Assembly: GCA_034669905.1 (NCBI GenBank)
Contig: JAXMOL010000004.1
Location: forward strand, 32,001 to 96,000
DNA from: Candidatus Hydrogenedentota bacterium
GTDB taxonomy: Bacteria; Hydrogenedentota; Hydrogenedentia; Hydrogenedentales; JAEUWI01
Length of the DNA: 64,000 bases
Direction: 5' to 3'
In this document: one piece after another, positions 52,439-63,109 of the stretch
Layout: each line of letters begins with the position of its first letter
Numbering within the stretch: the stretch's first letter is position 1
Translations under genes and position numbers: made by a program
Notes under the pieces: model-generated
The model's input: the letters and a program-made list of their open reading frames with translations, nothing else
Told to the model about the DNA's origin: nothing
Database searches by the model: none

Positions 52439-54208
52439 ATGCGTACCATATTAATCGTAGAAGACGAAGCTGTTTTACGCCTTACATTTGCCCGTTTCCT
52501 GGAAGAAGCGGGTTATGCCGTGGAATCTGCCGAAAACTATGACGACGCGGTCGCTTTCGTCGAACGCAATCACTTTGATGTAGTCGTCACCGACATCGTC
52601 CTCGGTGGTGAGACCGGCATCGATATCTTGCGTCACATTCGGGAAAAGTCCCCCGAAACGATGGTCATCATGATCACGGGAGAGCCCAGCGTGGAAACGG
52701 CCACGGAGGCGGTGCGGCTTGGTGCCTTCGACTATCTCTCCAAGCCGGTAACCGGGGAAGCGCTGAAACGGGTCGTACGCATGGCGGTTGACCGGGCCGG
52801 TCTCCTGGCAGAACGGGACGATTACGCCGCACGAATGGACGCCTATCGGCGGGAACTGGAGGCCCTCTTTCACGCGGTTAAAGAGGGGATCATCACCGTG
52901 GATGCAAATGGGAAGGTACGCCAGATAAATGCGGCGGCCGCCCAGATGCTTGGTGAGGACGTGCGCGAAATGGCCGGCACGTCGGCGGAGACACTTTTCT
53001 CGGGGCCCCTTCGAAAAGCCTACGACGCATTGCAGCGCACCCTGGAAACCCGCAATGAAGTGGAGGAATTCCACGTAGAAGCCACCCTGCCCCGCAGTGG
53101 GGAAAAGAGCTTTACCATGTCGACCACACCGTTGGATACCGGGGGAAAGGCGGCGGGCGGGGCCGTGTTGGTACTACGGGATTTGACCCGTATCAGCCGG
53201 CTCGAAAAGCAACTCGCGTCCACCCATCAGTATCAGAATATGGTGGGCAAATCTTCCCGTATGGCGGAAGTCTTCAATTTGATAGAGAACGTGGCGGAAA
53301 CGGATTCCACCGTACTCATCTATGGCGAAAGTGGCACCGGTAAAGAATTGGTAGCGGCGGCGCTCCACTATACGAGTCACCGCTCCAATGGTCCCTTTAT
53401 CAAGGTAAACTGTGCCGCCCTCGCCGAAGATATTCTGGAGAGCGAGCTTTTCGGCCATGTGAAAGGCTCCTTCACCGGCGCAGTCCGGGACCGGGTGGGA
53501 CGCTTTGAAGCCGCTAATGGGGGTACCATTCTCCTCGACGAGATCGGTGATATTTCCCCCCGACTTCAGTTGCGGCTGCTTCGTGTGCTCCAGGAGCGCG
53601 AATTCGAACGGGTAGGGGATACGCGACCGATCCAGGTGGACGTCCGTATTGTCGCCTCGACCAATCAGAATCTGGTTCAGAAGATTGAGGAAAATACTTT
53701 TCGGGAAGATCTCTACTACCGGCTGAACGTCGTCCGGATTGAACTGCCCGCGCTACGAGAACGGCGTGCGGACATTCCCCTGTTGATCGATCACCTGTGT
53801 AAGAAGTTCAATACAATCTTCAAGAAAGACATTGTTGGCCTCTCCTCCCAGGCACTGGAAATGCTGATGCACTATCCCTGGTTCGGCAATGTTCGGGAAC
53901 TGGAGAATTGCCTGGAGCGTTCCTTCATCGTATGCCACGATACTGTCATCCTGCCTGAACATCTCCCGCCAGAAATTGCGAAGCGCCCCCAACGTGCCAT
54001 GGCCCATACGCCGAGTCCCCACGATGCAGAGGCCGCGGTGGGCTATGCCCGACAGGAAGACGGCGAACGCATGCGCGTACTGGAAGCCCTGGAACGAACC
54101 GATTGGAATGTGGCCAAGAGCGCCCGCATTCTCGGCGTAGCGCGAAATACCCTCTATCAGCGCATTCGAACCTTCAAGCTAACCCGTCCCAACGGCAAGG
54201 GCTTCTAA
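52439..54208 (+). CDS. Sigma54-dependent response regulator (REC-PAS-AAA+-HTH)
   Basis: REC, PAS, GESGTGKE, ESELFGHVKGSFTGA, LLDEIGD, FREDLYYRL, WFGNVREL, Fis-type HTH. Confidence 0.92.
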   Translation: MRTILIVEDEAVLRLTFARFLEEAGYAVESAENYDDAVAFVERNHFDVVVTDIVLGGETGIDILRHIREKSPETMVIMITGEPSVETATEAVRLGAFDYLSKPVTGEALKRVVRMAVDRAGLLAERDDYAARMDAYRRELEALFHAVKEGIITVDANGKVRQINAAAAQMLGEDVREMAGTSAETLFSGPLRKAYDALQRTLETRNEVEEFHVEATLPRSGEKSFTMSTTPLDTGGKAAGGAVLVLRDLTRISRLEKQLASTHQYQNMVGKSSRMAEVFNLIENVAETDSTVLIYGESGTGKELVAAALHYTSHRSNGPFIKVNCAALAEDILESELFGHVKGSFTGAVRDRVGRFEAANGGTILLDEIGDISPRLQLRLLRVLQEREFERVGDTRPIQVDVRIVASTNQNLVQKIEENTFREDLYYRLNVVRIELPALRERRADIPLLIDHLCKKFNTIFKKDIVGLSSQALEMLMHYPWFGNVRELENCLERSFIVCHDTVILPEHLPPEIAKRPQRAMAHTPSPHDAEAAVGYARQEDGERMRVLEALERTDWNVAKSARILGVARNTLYQRIRTFKLTRPNGKGF

Positions 54209-54293
54209 GGTCTTTGCGCCTTCTTTGCAGCCTGTGTTAGGGTCTCCTCCGGTTTACGTTTCGCCCAAGGGCTTCACGACGGAGAGAGCACCT

Positions 54294-55259
54294 ATGAAGA
54301 CAAGCACCGGTATCTGGAAAACTACCCTCGCCCTCGTTGCGCTGGTGGCTGGCCTCGTTGCCTCAGCTGCGACCGCGGCCGAAAAGGCCCCAATACGTCA
54401 GGAGAGTGCCACCGGTATCCGCCACTCCCTCCTGATTACAGGGTCGACCGGTACCTACCTCTTCGATGAATCCAGCGCGCTGGTGTGGGAGACGCCGGGG
54501 TATTCCCGGGATGGATACGTGCTGGAAAACGGGAATATTCTCCTCTCGATCGACGACACAGCCCGGGAGTATGAAAAGGGGACACAAACGGTTGTCTGGT
54601 CCTATGCCCTGGATCCGGTGAATAAGGAATTGGGTACCGTTTATCGGCTCGACAATGGGCATACCCTTGTGGTGGAGCGGGGGAGCAAACCCCGAATTCT
54701 CGAAGTAACGACAGACGGCGCCATTGCCGTCGAAGTCCCGCTGCAGCCAGACACCGACAATGACCATATGCAGACTCGGATGGCCCGTAAGCTCCCCAAC
54801 GGTAATTACCTGGCACCGCACCTGCTGGCCTTCAAAGTGAAAGAATACACGCCAGAAGGCAAGGTCGTCCGGGAAATTCCAACAGACCTGCCCCTCTTTG
54901 GCAACCGGGACGACCACTCATGGCCTTTTACGGCCATTCTGCTGCCCAACGGCAATATCCACGCGAACCTGACCCACGGGAATCGGGTGGCCGAGTTCGG
55001 GCCGGATAATGAAGTCGTCTGGTATCTCGACAACAGCCACGTTGGTGGGCGACTCAGCGACCCCTGTGGAGGACAACGGATGCCCAACAACAACATGGTC
55101 ATCTGCAGCTACGCCCAGAAAGATCCGGCCATGCCAAAGGTCTTTGAAGTCACGCGTGATAAAGAAGTGGTCTGGGAGTTTTTCCACCCCACGGCACGTG
55201 CCCATGAGGTGCATATCATCACCACCGATGGCGAACGGGTGACTCCCCTGATGCGCTAG
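54294..55259 (+). CDS. Exported beta-propeller protein (arylsulfotransferase/PQQ-repeat-like)
   Basis: Signal peptide; repeated LxNGNxL and E.....G.VVW units. Confidence 0.6.
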   Translation: MKTSTGIWKTTLALVALVAGLVASAATAAEKAPIRQESATGIRHSLLITGSTGTYLFDESSALVWETPGYSRDGYVLENGNILLSIDDTAREYEKGTQTVVWSYALDPVNKELGTVYRLDNGHTLVVERGSKPRILEVTTDGAIAVEVPLQPDTDNDHMQTRMARKLPNGNYLAPHLLAFKVKEYTPEGKVVREIPTDLPLFGNRDDHSWPFTAILLPNGNIHANLTHGNRVAEFGPDNEVVWYLDNSHVGGRLSDPCGGQRMPNNNMVICSYAQKDPAMPKVFEVTRDKEVVWEFFHPTARAHEVHIITTDGERVTPLMR

Positions 55260-58006
55260 TCGTTCAGCTCCAACACCACTTCCGTCGGCTCTCCAATAGA
55301 TTTCTGTAATTTGAAGCCTATCTTCTGGCATACGTGCAGCATGGAGCGGTTGTCGGCCAGGACGGTTCCCGTGATCCGTTGGAGCCCTTCGGCCCGCCCC
55401 ACATCCACGAGACGCTGGAGTAATTCGGAGCCCACGCCGTGCCCCTGCAACTCATCACTGACCACAATGGCGAATTCGCCATCGCCCCGACCATACTCTT
55501 TCATCAGGCGCCCCACGGCCACGATTTCAGAGACGTCGGTCGATTCGTTGTACCGCACGACGACGAGGGCGATTTGGCGATCATAGTCGATGAAGCAGAG
55601 GCGGGTGAGTCGCTCGTGGCTGACCCGCTGATCCAGGGATATCAATCCCAGGTAGCGGGAGTAGACCGTATCCGCGGACAAGGTCTTGTGAAAGTCCACC
55701 ATGAGGGGCTCATCTTCTGAGCGAATGGGGCGAATGTGGACCTTTTCTCCCTTTTTCGTTTCCCAATCCCCGCTGTATTCCAGGGGATAGGGACGTATGG
55801 CCAGCCGCGGCAGATCGGCTTCCTTCACATCGGGCTCATGGAGGAGTACCCGACCATCCAACGCAACCAATCCCATGGGCGATGCGAGGAGGGGGTTGAT
55901 GTCGATCTCTTTGATCCAAGGCTGCTCAACAACCAGCTTGCTGAAACGTACGAGCAGGAGCTCAAGGGCGTTCAGATCAACCGGGTCCCGTCCCCGAACC
56001 CCTTTCAGCGCGGTGTATATCCTGGTCTGTTCCATCATGCGCCGGGCAAGCGTCGTATTCAATGGCGGAAGTCCCAGGGCACTGTCTTTAAAGACTTCGA
56101 CCAATTCACCGCCGGCACCAAAGAGCAGTACGGGGCCGAATTGGGCATCGATGCTGCTCCCGATGATGATTTCGTAGCCTTCATGGCGCACCATGGGCTG
56201 CACGACCACGCCCTCGAAGTGCGCCGCGCCGGCCTTCTCGGTGACACCTTTCTGTATGCTCTCGAAGGCGCCAGAGACGGTCTTGGCCGATTTCAGATTC
56301 AACTGGACGCCACCCACATCAGTCTTATGGGTAATGGTGTTGGAATAGAGTTTCAGCACCACCGGATAACCCATCTCTTCGGCAATGGCTACCGCTTCTT
56401 CCGCACTGGTTGCGACTTCGGTCTTCACGACCGGAATGCCATACGCTTTCAGAATCTTCTTCGATTCGTGTTCGGGCAAGGTGGTATGACCGGCGTCACG
56501 GGCGTTCTTGATGAGTTCCGCAACCAAGGCCCGATCGGGGCCCTTTTCGTCCTCATCGGGCGGGAGCAGGGGCGTCTCGTAGAGCCCACGGAGGTTATAG
56601 TTGTAGCGCCACATCAGGTTAAAGACCCGGGCGGCGGCATCGGGATAATCAAACGTGGGGATGTCGTGCTCGTTCAATATGGCATCACCAGCTTCCACGT
56701 CGGCTCCACCCATCCAACTGGCCAGCACGGGTTTCTTTGTCGGCATCTGGACCTTTACCAGTTCCTCGGCCGTTTTGGTGGGATCGGTCATGGCCTGGGG
56801 CGTAAGTACCACCAACAGGCCATCACTATTGGGGTCCTGGGCGGCTATTTCCAGGGCCTGGGCGTAGCGTTTCGGATCGGCATCCCCCAGGATGTCGATG
56901 GGGTTTCCGTGGCTCCAGGCCCCCGGAAGGACGGCATCAAGTTTTGCGATCGTATCTTCCGACAACTGCGCCAGTTCGCCACCATCGCCGATAACGGCGT
57001 CGGTAGCCAATACACCGGGTCCCCCCGCGTTGGTGAGAATCGTCAGGCGTGGCCCACGGGGACGGGGCTGCTTCTCGAGCACTTCGGCCATGTGAAAGAG
57101 GTTATCAATGCTGTACACCCGAGAGACACCGCTCCGTCTGAAAGCGGCGGAGAGGACCCCGTCACTTCCCGCCAACGACCCGGTGTGGGAGGCAGCTGCC
57201 TGCGCTGCAGCTTCGGTCTGGCCAGCCTTTATGACAATAATGGGCTTGGTGAGGGCCACTTCCCGGGCCGCCGAGAGAAAGGAACGGGCATTGCCGATGG
57301 ACTCCATATAGATCACAATGCTCTTGGTATGCGGATCGTCTCCGAGGTAGTGGATGAGGTCGCCCCAATCCACATCCAGCATGGAACCAATCGAAACGAA
57401 AGCACTGAAGCCCACGTTCGTCTGGTGGCTCCAGTCGAGAATTGAGGTGCACAGGGCACCACTCTGACTGATAAAGCCGACGCTGCCGGGACGGGCAATG
57501 GTGCTGGCAAAGGTGGCGTTCATTCCGCTGATGGGGTTCATCACCCCGAGGCAGTTGGGCCCCACGATACGCATGTTGCCTTTTCGTGCCGCTTCGAGCA
57601 CCTCCGCCTCTAAGGCAATCCCCGCCTCTCCAACCTCCTTAAAGCCTGCCGAAATAATAATGGCACCCTTCACGCCGGAGGCGACACATTCCTGTACCAG
57701 TTGGGGGATAGATGCCGCAGGGGTCACCAGAATCGCGAGATCGATAGGCTCGGGAATCTCGGATACGGCGGGATAGGCCTTGATTCCCAACACATTGTTC
57801 CGGTTGGGGTTTACGGCATAGATCGTGGCGCCGAAGGGGTTGCTGATAAGGTTCCACAGTATCGTCCGGCCCACGCTACCCAGCTTTTCCGTCGCGCCGA
57901 TAAGCGCAACGGATCGCGGATTGAATATGGCGTCGATGGACCCGAAACGGTTGGAAGATCCAATTGGTACTCGATTTGAAGAAGATTCTTCCTGATGCTT
58001 CGGCAT
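55256..58006 (-). CDS. Acetate-CoA ligase (ADP-forming) family protein fused to GNAT acetyltransferase (Pat-like)
   Basis: [56 protein letters not shown]-terminal GNAT QGHGVG; GGGAG RBS before 58006. Confidence 0.9.
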   Translation of the reverse strand: MPKHQEESSSNRVPIGSSNRFGSIDAIFNPRSVALIGATEKLGSVGRTILWNLISNPFGATIYAVNPNRNNVLGIKAYPAVSEIPEPIDLAILVTPAASIPQLVQECVASGVKGAIIISAGFKEVGEAGIALEAEVLEAARKGNMRIVGPNCLGVMNPISGMNATFASTIARPGSVGFISQSGALCTSILDWSHQTNVGFSAFVSIGSMLDVDWGDLIHYLGDDPHTKSIVIYMESIGNARSFLSAAREVALTKPIIVIKAGQTEAAAQAAASHTGSLAGSDGVLSAAFRRSGVSRVYSIDNLFHMAEVLEKQPRPRGPRLTILTNAGGPGVLATDAVIGDGGELAQLSEDTIAKLDAVLPGAWSHGNPIDILGDADPKRYAQALEIAAQDPNSDGLLVVLTPQAMTDPTKTAEELVKVQMPTKKPVLASWMGGADVEAGDAILNEHDIPTFDYPDAAARVFNLMWRYNYNLRGLYETPLLPPDEDEKGPDRALVAELIKNARDAGHTTLPEHESKKILKAYGIPVVKTEVATSAEEAVAIAEEMGYPVVLKLYSNTITHKTDVGGVQLNLKSAKTVSGAFESIQKGVTEKAGAAHFEGVVVQPMVRHEGYEIIIGSSIDAQFGPVLLFGAGGELVEVFKDSALGLPPLNTTLARRMMEQTRIYTALKGVRGRDPVDLNALELLLVRFSKLVVEQPWIKEIDINPLLASPMGLVALDGRVLLHEPDVKEADLPRLAIRPYPLEYSGDWETKKGEKVHIRPIRSEDEPLMVDFHKTLSADTVYSRYLGLISLDQRVSHERLTRLCFIDYDRQIALVVVRYNESTDVSEIVAVGRLMKEYGRGDGEFAIVVSDELQGHGVGSELLQRLVDVGRAEGLQRITGTVLADNRSMLHVCQKIGFKLQKSIGEPTEVVLELND

Positions 58007-58106
58007 GATGGTGCTTACTCCCGACGCGCTGTCATGATTTGCTGAATTGGAACACATTGATGCGTTCGTTTTGATACTATCACAGGATGTATGTTGAAGT
58101 GGAATG

Positions 58107-58123
58107 AGCAAGTAGAGTGCCAG
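58107..58123 (-). promoter_or_regulatory. Sigma54 (-24/-12) promoter of the ligase-GNAT gene
   Basis: Minus strand CTGGCACTCTACTTGCT, close to consensus YTGGCACG-N4-TTGCW. Confidence 0.8.
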
Positions 58124-58270
58124 TTTGTTGCGCGCTGCACACCCGTCCTGCCGCGCACGGAGTTATCGTATATAACAAGTTATAAACAAATATGTTACAA
58201 CTGCACCTCGCCCGCTGTTGCGCGCTACACGGCCCGGCCCGCTTCACAGATATGTTCAAGAAGAAATGCG

Positions 58271-58282
58271 ACACTAGTGTGC
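58271..58282. promoter_or_regulatory. Candidate enhancer (UAS) ACACTAGTGTGC, copy 2
   Basis: Identical to 50697-50708; about 180 bp upstream of the predicted start site, with an AT-rich tract in between. Confidence 0.55.
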
Positions 58283-58310
58283 GCTTAACCCCGATGGAGT
58301 CACTGCCTGG

Positions 58311-58925
58311 ATGAAAGTTATTGTCGTTCGCCATGGAGAAACCGACTACAACCGTGCCCGCCGTATGCAAGGCTACGGCGAAGTGCCACTCAACGACCGG
58401 GGAATCCGGCAGGCGGCCCAACTGGCCACGCATCTGGCCACCCAGGGCGTTGAACAAATCATCTGCAGCGACCTCCGCCGCACGGTCATGACGGGCTGCA
58501 TCATTGCATCACAGCTCAACGTGCACATCGAATACGACGCGGGACTACGGGAACGGGATCCGGGTGACTTCGTAGGGGCATCCTATGATGACGCACCGGG
58601 ATTCTTCAACGATCCCGATTTCGTCCCGCCCAACGGCGAAGGCGTGCCGGCCTTTCGGCAGCGGGTGCGCGAGACTTTTGCCAATATTAATGCCCGCTAC
58701 AGCGAAAGCACGGAGACCCTGCTCGTGGTAACCCATGGTCTGGTCTGTCATGCCTTTGTGGAGGAATTCTTTGGTCCCGCATTCAGTGCGGGGGTGGGGG
58801 CCGGGAACGGTACCCTGAGTATTGCCCGCGTGGTGGCGGGGGAGTGGCAACTGGAGAAAGCGACCTGCGATGCCCACCTGAGCGATAGGAGTGAGACGGT
58901 ACCGGGTGGTGCACAAGGTGCCTGA
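58311..58925 (+). CDS. Histidine phosphatase family protein
   Basis: VRHGET, SDLRR, LRE, PNGE, VTHG. Confidence 0.87.
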   Translation: MKVIVVRHGETDYNRARRMQGYGEVPLNDRGIRQAAQLATHLATQGVEQIICSDLRRTVMTGCIIASQLNVHIEYDAGLRERDPGDFVGASYDDAPGFFNDPDFVPPNGEGVPAFRQRVRETFANINARYSESTETLLVVTHGLVCHAFVEEFFGPAFSAGVGAGNGTLSIARVVAGEWQLEKATCDAHLSDRSETVPGGAQGA

Positions 58926-59007
58926 AGCTGGATCCCCGTGGCGCAGACCGGGTATCGTAAGCGCCGTAGTAACATGAACCGGTTGGAACGTCGGGAGGGA
59001 CTTCGTT

Positions 59008-59289
59008 ATGAATCGGGAAGAATCTGAGAAAAAGTTAGCGGCGGCATTGGAACACGTCAGCCCGGCCCACTTGCGCAGCCGTGCGCTCGTTACCAAACGC
59101 CTTACGTTTCGCATGCATGAAGAAGAATTCGAGGAGATTCGACGTACAGCGGAATCGTTGGATTTGTCGATTTCTGACTACTTTTGCGCCCTTCACCACT
59201 ACGCGGCAGCTCGAATCGAGGGCATCGACCGGGGTGCCGATTGGGTCCACCGTAATCCACGTCACCGTGAAGATTCGACCGAAGACTAG
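59008..59289 (+). CDS. Small hypothetical protein, ribbon-helix-helix-like
   Basis: TKRLTFRMHEEEFEEIRRTAESLDLSISDY pattern; GGAGG RBS. Confidence 0.5.
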   Translation: MNREESEKKLAAALEHVSPAHLRSRALVTKRLTFRMHEEEFEEIRRTAESLDLSISDYFCALHHYAAARIEGIDRGADWVHRNPRHREDSTED

Positions 59290-59335
59290 TCCGCGACAAC
59301 GCTGAACACATCGATACGAAGGTAGGAGAAACCCC

Positions 59336-61216
59336 ATGGCCGAGCCCGCGGCTCCGGAAGAACAAGCGGAATCTACGATACTCTCATTGGGGCTGGGCCT
59401 CATACTCGCCATCGTGCTGGGAGCAGCGAACGTCTATCTGGGACTTTACGCCGGGATGACGGTCAGTGCCTCGATTCCTGCGGCCGTGGTCAGTATGGCG
59501 GTATTGCGGGGTTTCTTTCGGCGGGGCACGGTGCTGGAGAACAACATTGCCCAGACGGTCGCTTCCACGGGAGAGAGCCTGGCCGCTGGCGCCATTTTTA
59601 CCCTGCCCGCGTTGATCATTGCGGAGGTTTGGGAGCAGTTCGACTTCTGGATTAGTACCGGTATTGTCCTCATGGGAGGCTTGCTGGGCATCGTGTTCAT
59701 GGTCCCCCTGCGAAAAGCCCTCATCGTCGATCGACCGGATTTGCGCTACCCGGAAGGCGTTGCCTGTGCCCAGGTGCTTCGCGTCGGACAGGGCGGGGCG
59801 ACGTCCGGCATCCGTGCGATCGCCATTGGGCTGGGACTCGGCGCCCTGTTCAAGTTTTTCGTATCGGGCCTGAAGCTCCTCTCGGGCACGGTGGAATATG
59901 CCTGGTTTCAGGGGCAGCGGGCCTTCTACATGGGTTCCGACATGAGTCCCGCGCTCCTCGCCGTCGGATATATCGTCGGCCTGGGGATTGCCTGCCAAAT
60001 TTTTCTGGGCGGCGTGATCGGGTGGCTCATTACCATCCCCTTTGCGGGACCCTACTATCAACTCGAGACCACCGATGCCCTGGAACACGCCTGGACCATG
60101 TGGAGTACAGAAGTCCGCTACCTGGGGGTGGGCGCCATGCTGGTGGGAGGCCTCGCTTCCATCTGGAATGTTCGTGCCGGATTGGTGGCGGGGATACGCA
60201 GTCTCCAGGGGGCCAGCGCCGAAAGCTCGGGAGAAGACGGGCGCACGGAACGAAATATTTCCCTTCAGGCCCTGCTATTTCTGTTGGCATTTACCCTGTT
60301 GGGTACGCTTGTGCTCTACTACTTCCTCATTCACCATCTTGGATTGGCCATCGTGGCACTCCTCGTCATGATACCGGCAGCCTTTCTCTTTGCGGCGGTG
60401 GCCACCTATATCGTGGGACTCGTCGGGTCGTCTAACTCTCCCGTTTCGGGCATGACGATCTGCGCGGTGTTGATGGCGGCCATCGTCATCAGTTTGACCG
60501 GGGGAACGGGGACTGGCGCCATATTGGCCACCTTGGGGGTAGCGGGGGTGGTTTGTTGCGTAGCCTGCACCGCAGGGGACGTCGCACAGGATCTGAAGAC
60601 GGGGCAGATCGTGGGCGCCACGCCGGCCCGTCAGCAGTGGGCAGAAATCCTGGGGGTCGTTATCCCGGCACTCACCATGGCTCCCGTGCTCACGTTGTTA
60701 CACAACACCTATACGATTGGCAGTAAGGAACTGTTGGCTCCCCAGGCGACGCTCTTTGCCAGCCTCGTTTCTGGCTTTTTCGGCGAAGGAACGCTGCCCT
60801 ATCCCATGATTATAGCCGGGATGGGCGTTGGCGCGGGCATTCTATTGCTGGATGCATTCTTGCATAGCACCCGACCGGGCCTTCGCCTCCATGTCATGCC
60901 CATTGCCGTCGGGATCTACCTGCCCCTGGCCCTGTCCGTCCCAATCGTGCTGGGCGGATTGCTCCACGCCGGGCTCAAGCGTCTTTCGAAAGAGGACGAA
61001 GACAATCACCAGGGACTTCTCTTCGGCTCGGGTCTTATCGCCGGTGAAGCCCTCATGGGAATTGGTTTGGCGGTGCCCGCCACCCTGGGCATCACGCTCG
61101 CCCTTGATATGGAAAGCGTGTCACCCCTTCTCCGCGACGCGGTCTCGCTGGTGCTCTTTTTCGGGATAATCGTCGCCTATGCTTTCGTAGCACGACGCCG
61201 AAAGAACGGTTCCTGA
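59336..61216 (+). CDS. OPT-family oligopeptide transporter
   Basis: NVYLGLYAG, SASIPAAV, ENNI, YPEG, SSNSPVSG, QDLKTG, APQA, SGLIAGE. Confidence 0.9.
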   Translation: MAEPAAPEEQAESTILSLGLGLILAIVLGAANVYLGLYAGMTVSASIPAAVVSMAVLRGFFRRGTVLENNIAQTVASTGESLAAGAIFTLPALIIAEVWEQFDFWISTGIVLMGGLLGIVFMVPLRKALIVDRPDLRYPEGVACAQVLRVGQGGATSGIRAIAIGLGLGALFKFFVSGLKLLSGTVEYAWFQGQRAFYMGSDMSPALLAVGYIVGLGIACQIFLGGVIGWLITIPFAGPYYQLETTDALEHAWTMWSTEVRYLGVGAMLVGGLASIWNVRAGLVAGIRSLQGASAESSGEDGRTERNISLQALLFLLAFTLLGTLVLYYFLIHHLGLAIVALLVMIPAAFLFAAVATYIVGLVGSSNSPVSGMTICAVLMAAIVISLTGGTGTGAILATLGVAGVVCCVACTAGDVAQDLKTGQIVGATPARQQWAEILGVVIPALTMAPVLTLLHNTYTIGSKELLAPQATLFASLVSGFFGEGTLPYPMIIAGMGVGAGILLLDAFLHSTRPGLRLHVMPIAVGIYLPLALSVPIVLGGLLHAGLKRLSKEDEDNHQGLLFGSGLIAGEALMGIGLAVPATLGITLALDMESVSPLLRDAVSLVLFFGIIVAYAFVARRRKNGS

Positions 61217-61233
61217 AAAACTCGATGGGCCTA

Positions 61234-62652
61234 TTATTCAGGCACCACAACCGTCGCGTAGGGCCGGGCCTCTTTCTTCAAGGTCTCGTTGAAGGTGTCG
61301 ATTGCTTCGCGTAGTTCGGCTACCAGCTCAGGGTGGGCTTCCGCGACGTTCTGCTGTTCACCCGTATCAGACTTCAGGTTGAAGAGTGCCAGGGGCGTCT
61401 CAAGTTGCTTGTAGGGGGCCGGTAATCCGCCGGTACCTCCTTTGCCCCCATCAAGACTACGGTATGGATGGGGCAGGTGTAACTTCCAGTCCCCCTTACG
61501 CACCGCCATGGGCTGGGTGCCCCGATAAAAATAAAAGGTCTCGTGGAGGATGGTGTCGGGTTGCTCCCCGGAGAGAAGGGGCCACATATCCACGCCATCA
61601 AGCTTTCGTTCCCCGGAGAGGGGCACCCCGGCACGGCCTGCGACCGTGGGCAAAAAGTCGAAGTTGGAAACGACGGCATCACTCACTTGTCCCGCCGGAA
61701 TCTTACCGGGCCACCGTACGATGCACGGCACCCGATGGCCACCGTCCCACGTGGTACCTTTGCCCTCCCGAAGGGGCAGGGCCCTACCCGCGTGATCGCC
61801 GTAGCTCAGCCAGGGGCCATTGTCGGAAGTGAAGAAGACGATGGTGTTATCGTCCAGCCCCAATTCCTGAAGCGTGCGAAGAATCTCACCGGTCGACCAG
61901 TCGATTTCCATAATGACATCGCCATACATGCCCTGCTTCGATTTGCCCCGGAACTTATCGGAAACACCCAGGGGCACATGGGGCATGCTATGGGCCAGAT
62001 AGAGAAAAAAAGGCTTCTTCGCATTGGCCTGGATAAACGCCAGGGCATGTTCGGTATAGCGGGTGGTCAACTGATTCTGGTCGGGATTCTCTTCGATAAC
62101 CTCCGTGTCCTTCATCAGGGGCAGTTCCGGGTAACCGGTAGCCGTGGGGTGTTTGGGCCACATGTCGTTGGAGTAGGGGATGCCGAAATAAGAGTCGAAG
62201 CCCTGGTTGGTGGGGAGGTAGGGGACTGTGTCGCCAAGGTGCCACTTACCAATGCAGGCCGTGGCGTAGTCTTTCTCCTTCAACACTTCCGCGATCGTCA
62301 CTTCATCGGGATGTAGGGCCCGCAGTTGCTTGTTGGACTTTTTTTTCGAAGGGCCAAGCACAAACGGAATGCCGACGCGAACCGGATAGCAACCGGTGAG
62401 CAGCGCGGCGCGCGAGGGACTGCAACTGTTGGCTGGACAATAGAAATTGGTAAAGCGAATGCCTTCTTCGGCCATCTGATCGAGATGGGGCGTTTCGAAA
62501 TCGGTGGCCCCGTAGGCCCCCGTATCAGCATAGCCTTGATCGTCCGTATTGATGATGATTACATTGGGCAACGCGAAGCCAGCCGAGGACCAGCCAACCA
62601 TGCTGACAAGCAGTGGAAGGACGGCCGCCCCGATCAGGTTATGCCTCTTCAT
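61234..62652 (-). CDS. Exported Cys-type sulfatase
   Basis: DDQG, CSPSRAALLTG, GKWHLG, SDNG, KG motifs; signal peptide. Confidence 0.92.
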   Translation of the reverse strand: MKRHNLIGAAVLPLLVSMVGWSSAGFALPNVIIINTDDQGYADTGAYGATDFETPHLDQMAEEGIRFTNFYCPANSCSPSRAALLTGCYPVRVGIPFVLGPSKKKSNKQLRALHPDEVTIAEVLKEKDYATACIGKWHLGDTVPYLPTNQGFDSYFGIPYSNDMWPKHPTATGYPELPLMKDTEVIEENPDQNQLTTRYTEHALAFIQANAKKPFFLYLAHSMPHVPLGVSDKFRGKSKQGMYGDVIMEIDWSTGEILRTLQELGLDDNTIVFFTSDNGPWLSYGDHAGRALPLREGKGTTWDGGHRVPCIVRWPGKIPAGQVSDAVVSNFDFLPTVAGRAGVPLSGERKLDGVDMWPLLSGEQPDTILHETFYFYRGTQPMAVRKGDWKLHLPHPYRSLDGGKGGTGGLPAPYKQLETPLALFNLKSDTGEQQNVAEAHPELVAELREAIDTFNETLKKEARPYATVVVPE

Positions 62653-62935
62653 CTTCTTCCTCCCACGCCTCGATCAGCAAACTATGGCCAAATTCCCGGG
62701 CTTCTTTGACAAACTCCAGTGATTCATCATCGTCGTCGAGCGCGTCTTCAACCACTTCGAAATAGGACAGGGTATCGCCGGGCGCCCACCCGGACTCACG
62801 GATATAGAACCGGGCCAACTCCTCGGCACCAGCCGGTTCCTGGAAGTTGATCCACGCCGAAACATCAGCGCACTCGAAGCCTTTGTGTTCTTCATTGTCC
62901 GCATTAGGGGTGGCCGTGAGGGTAAACAGATACAT
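62639..62935 (-). CDS. Hypothetical acidic protein
   Basis: 98-aa ORF MYLFTLTATP... with AAGGAAG RBS; overlaps the sulfatase start. Confidence 0.55.
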   Translation of the reverse strand: MYLFTLTATPNADNEEHKGFECADVSAWINFQEPAGAEELARFYIRESGWAPGDTLSYFEVVEDALDDDDESLEFVKEAREFGHSLLIEAWEEEDEEA

Positions 62936-63109
62936 GGGTAACTTCCTTGCGCTTTGAGGTGTTTCGAAAAATGGGGATGCCCAGACGGGTAGTCTACCTG
63001 AGATTGTGGCTGTGGGCCAAACCCAACACGGGGCTCGAAGAGGATTGATCGCGGGCTTGCCCGGTGTCAGAATAGCGGCCACGTAAGCCCACAACGAGGA
63101 GCCCGGAAC

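Noticed and set aside
55736..57445. 569-aa ORF antisense to the ligase-GNAT gene
   Set aside because: Shadow ORF with no motifs
58007..58111. N-terminal extension of the ligase ORF in the ORF track
   Set aside because: The TTG lies inside the sigma54 promoter, upstream of the predicted start site; the RBS supports 58006
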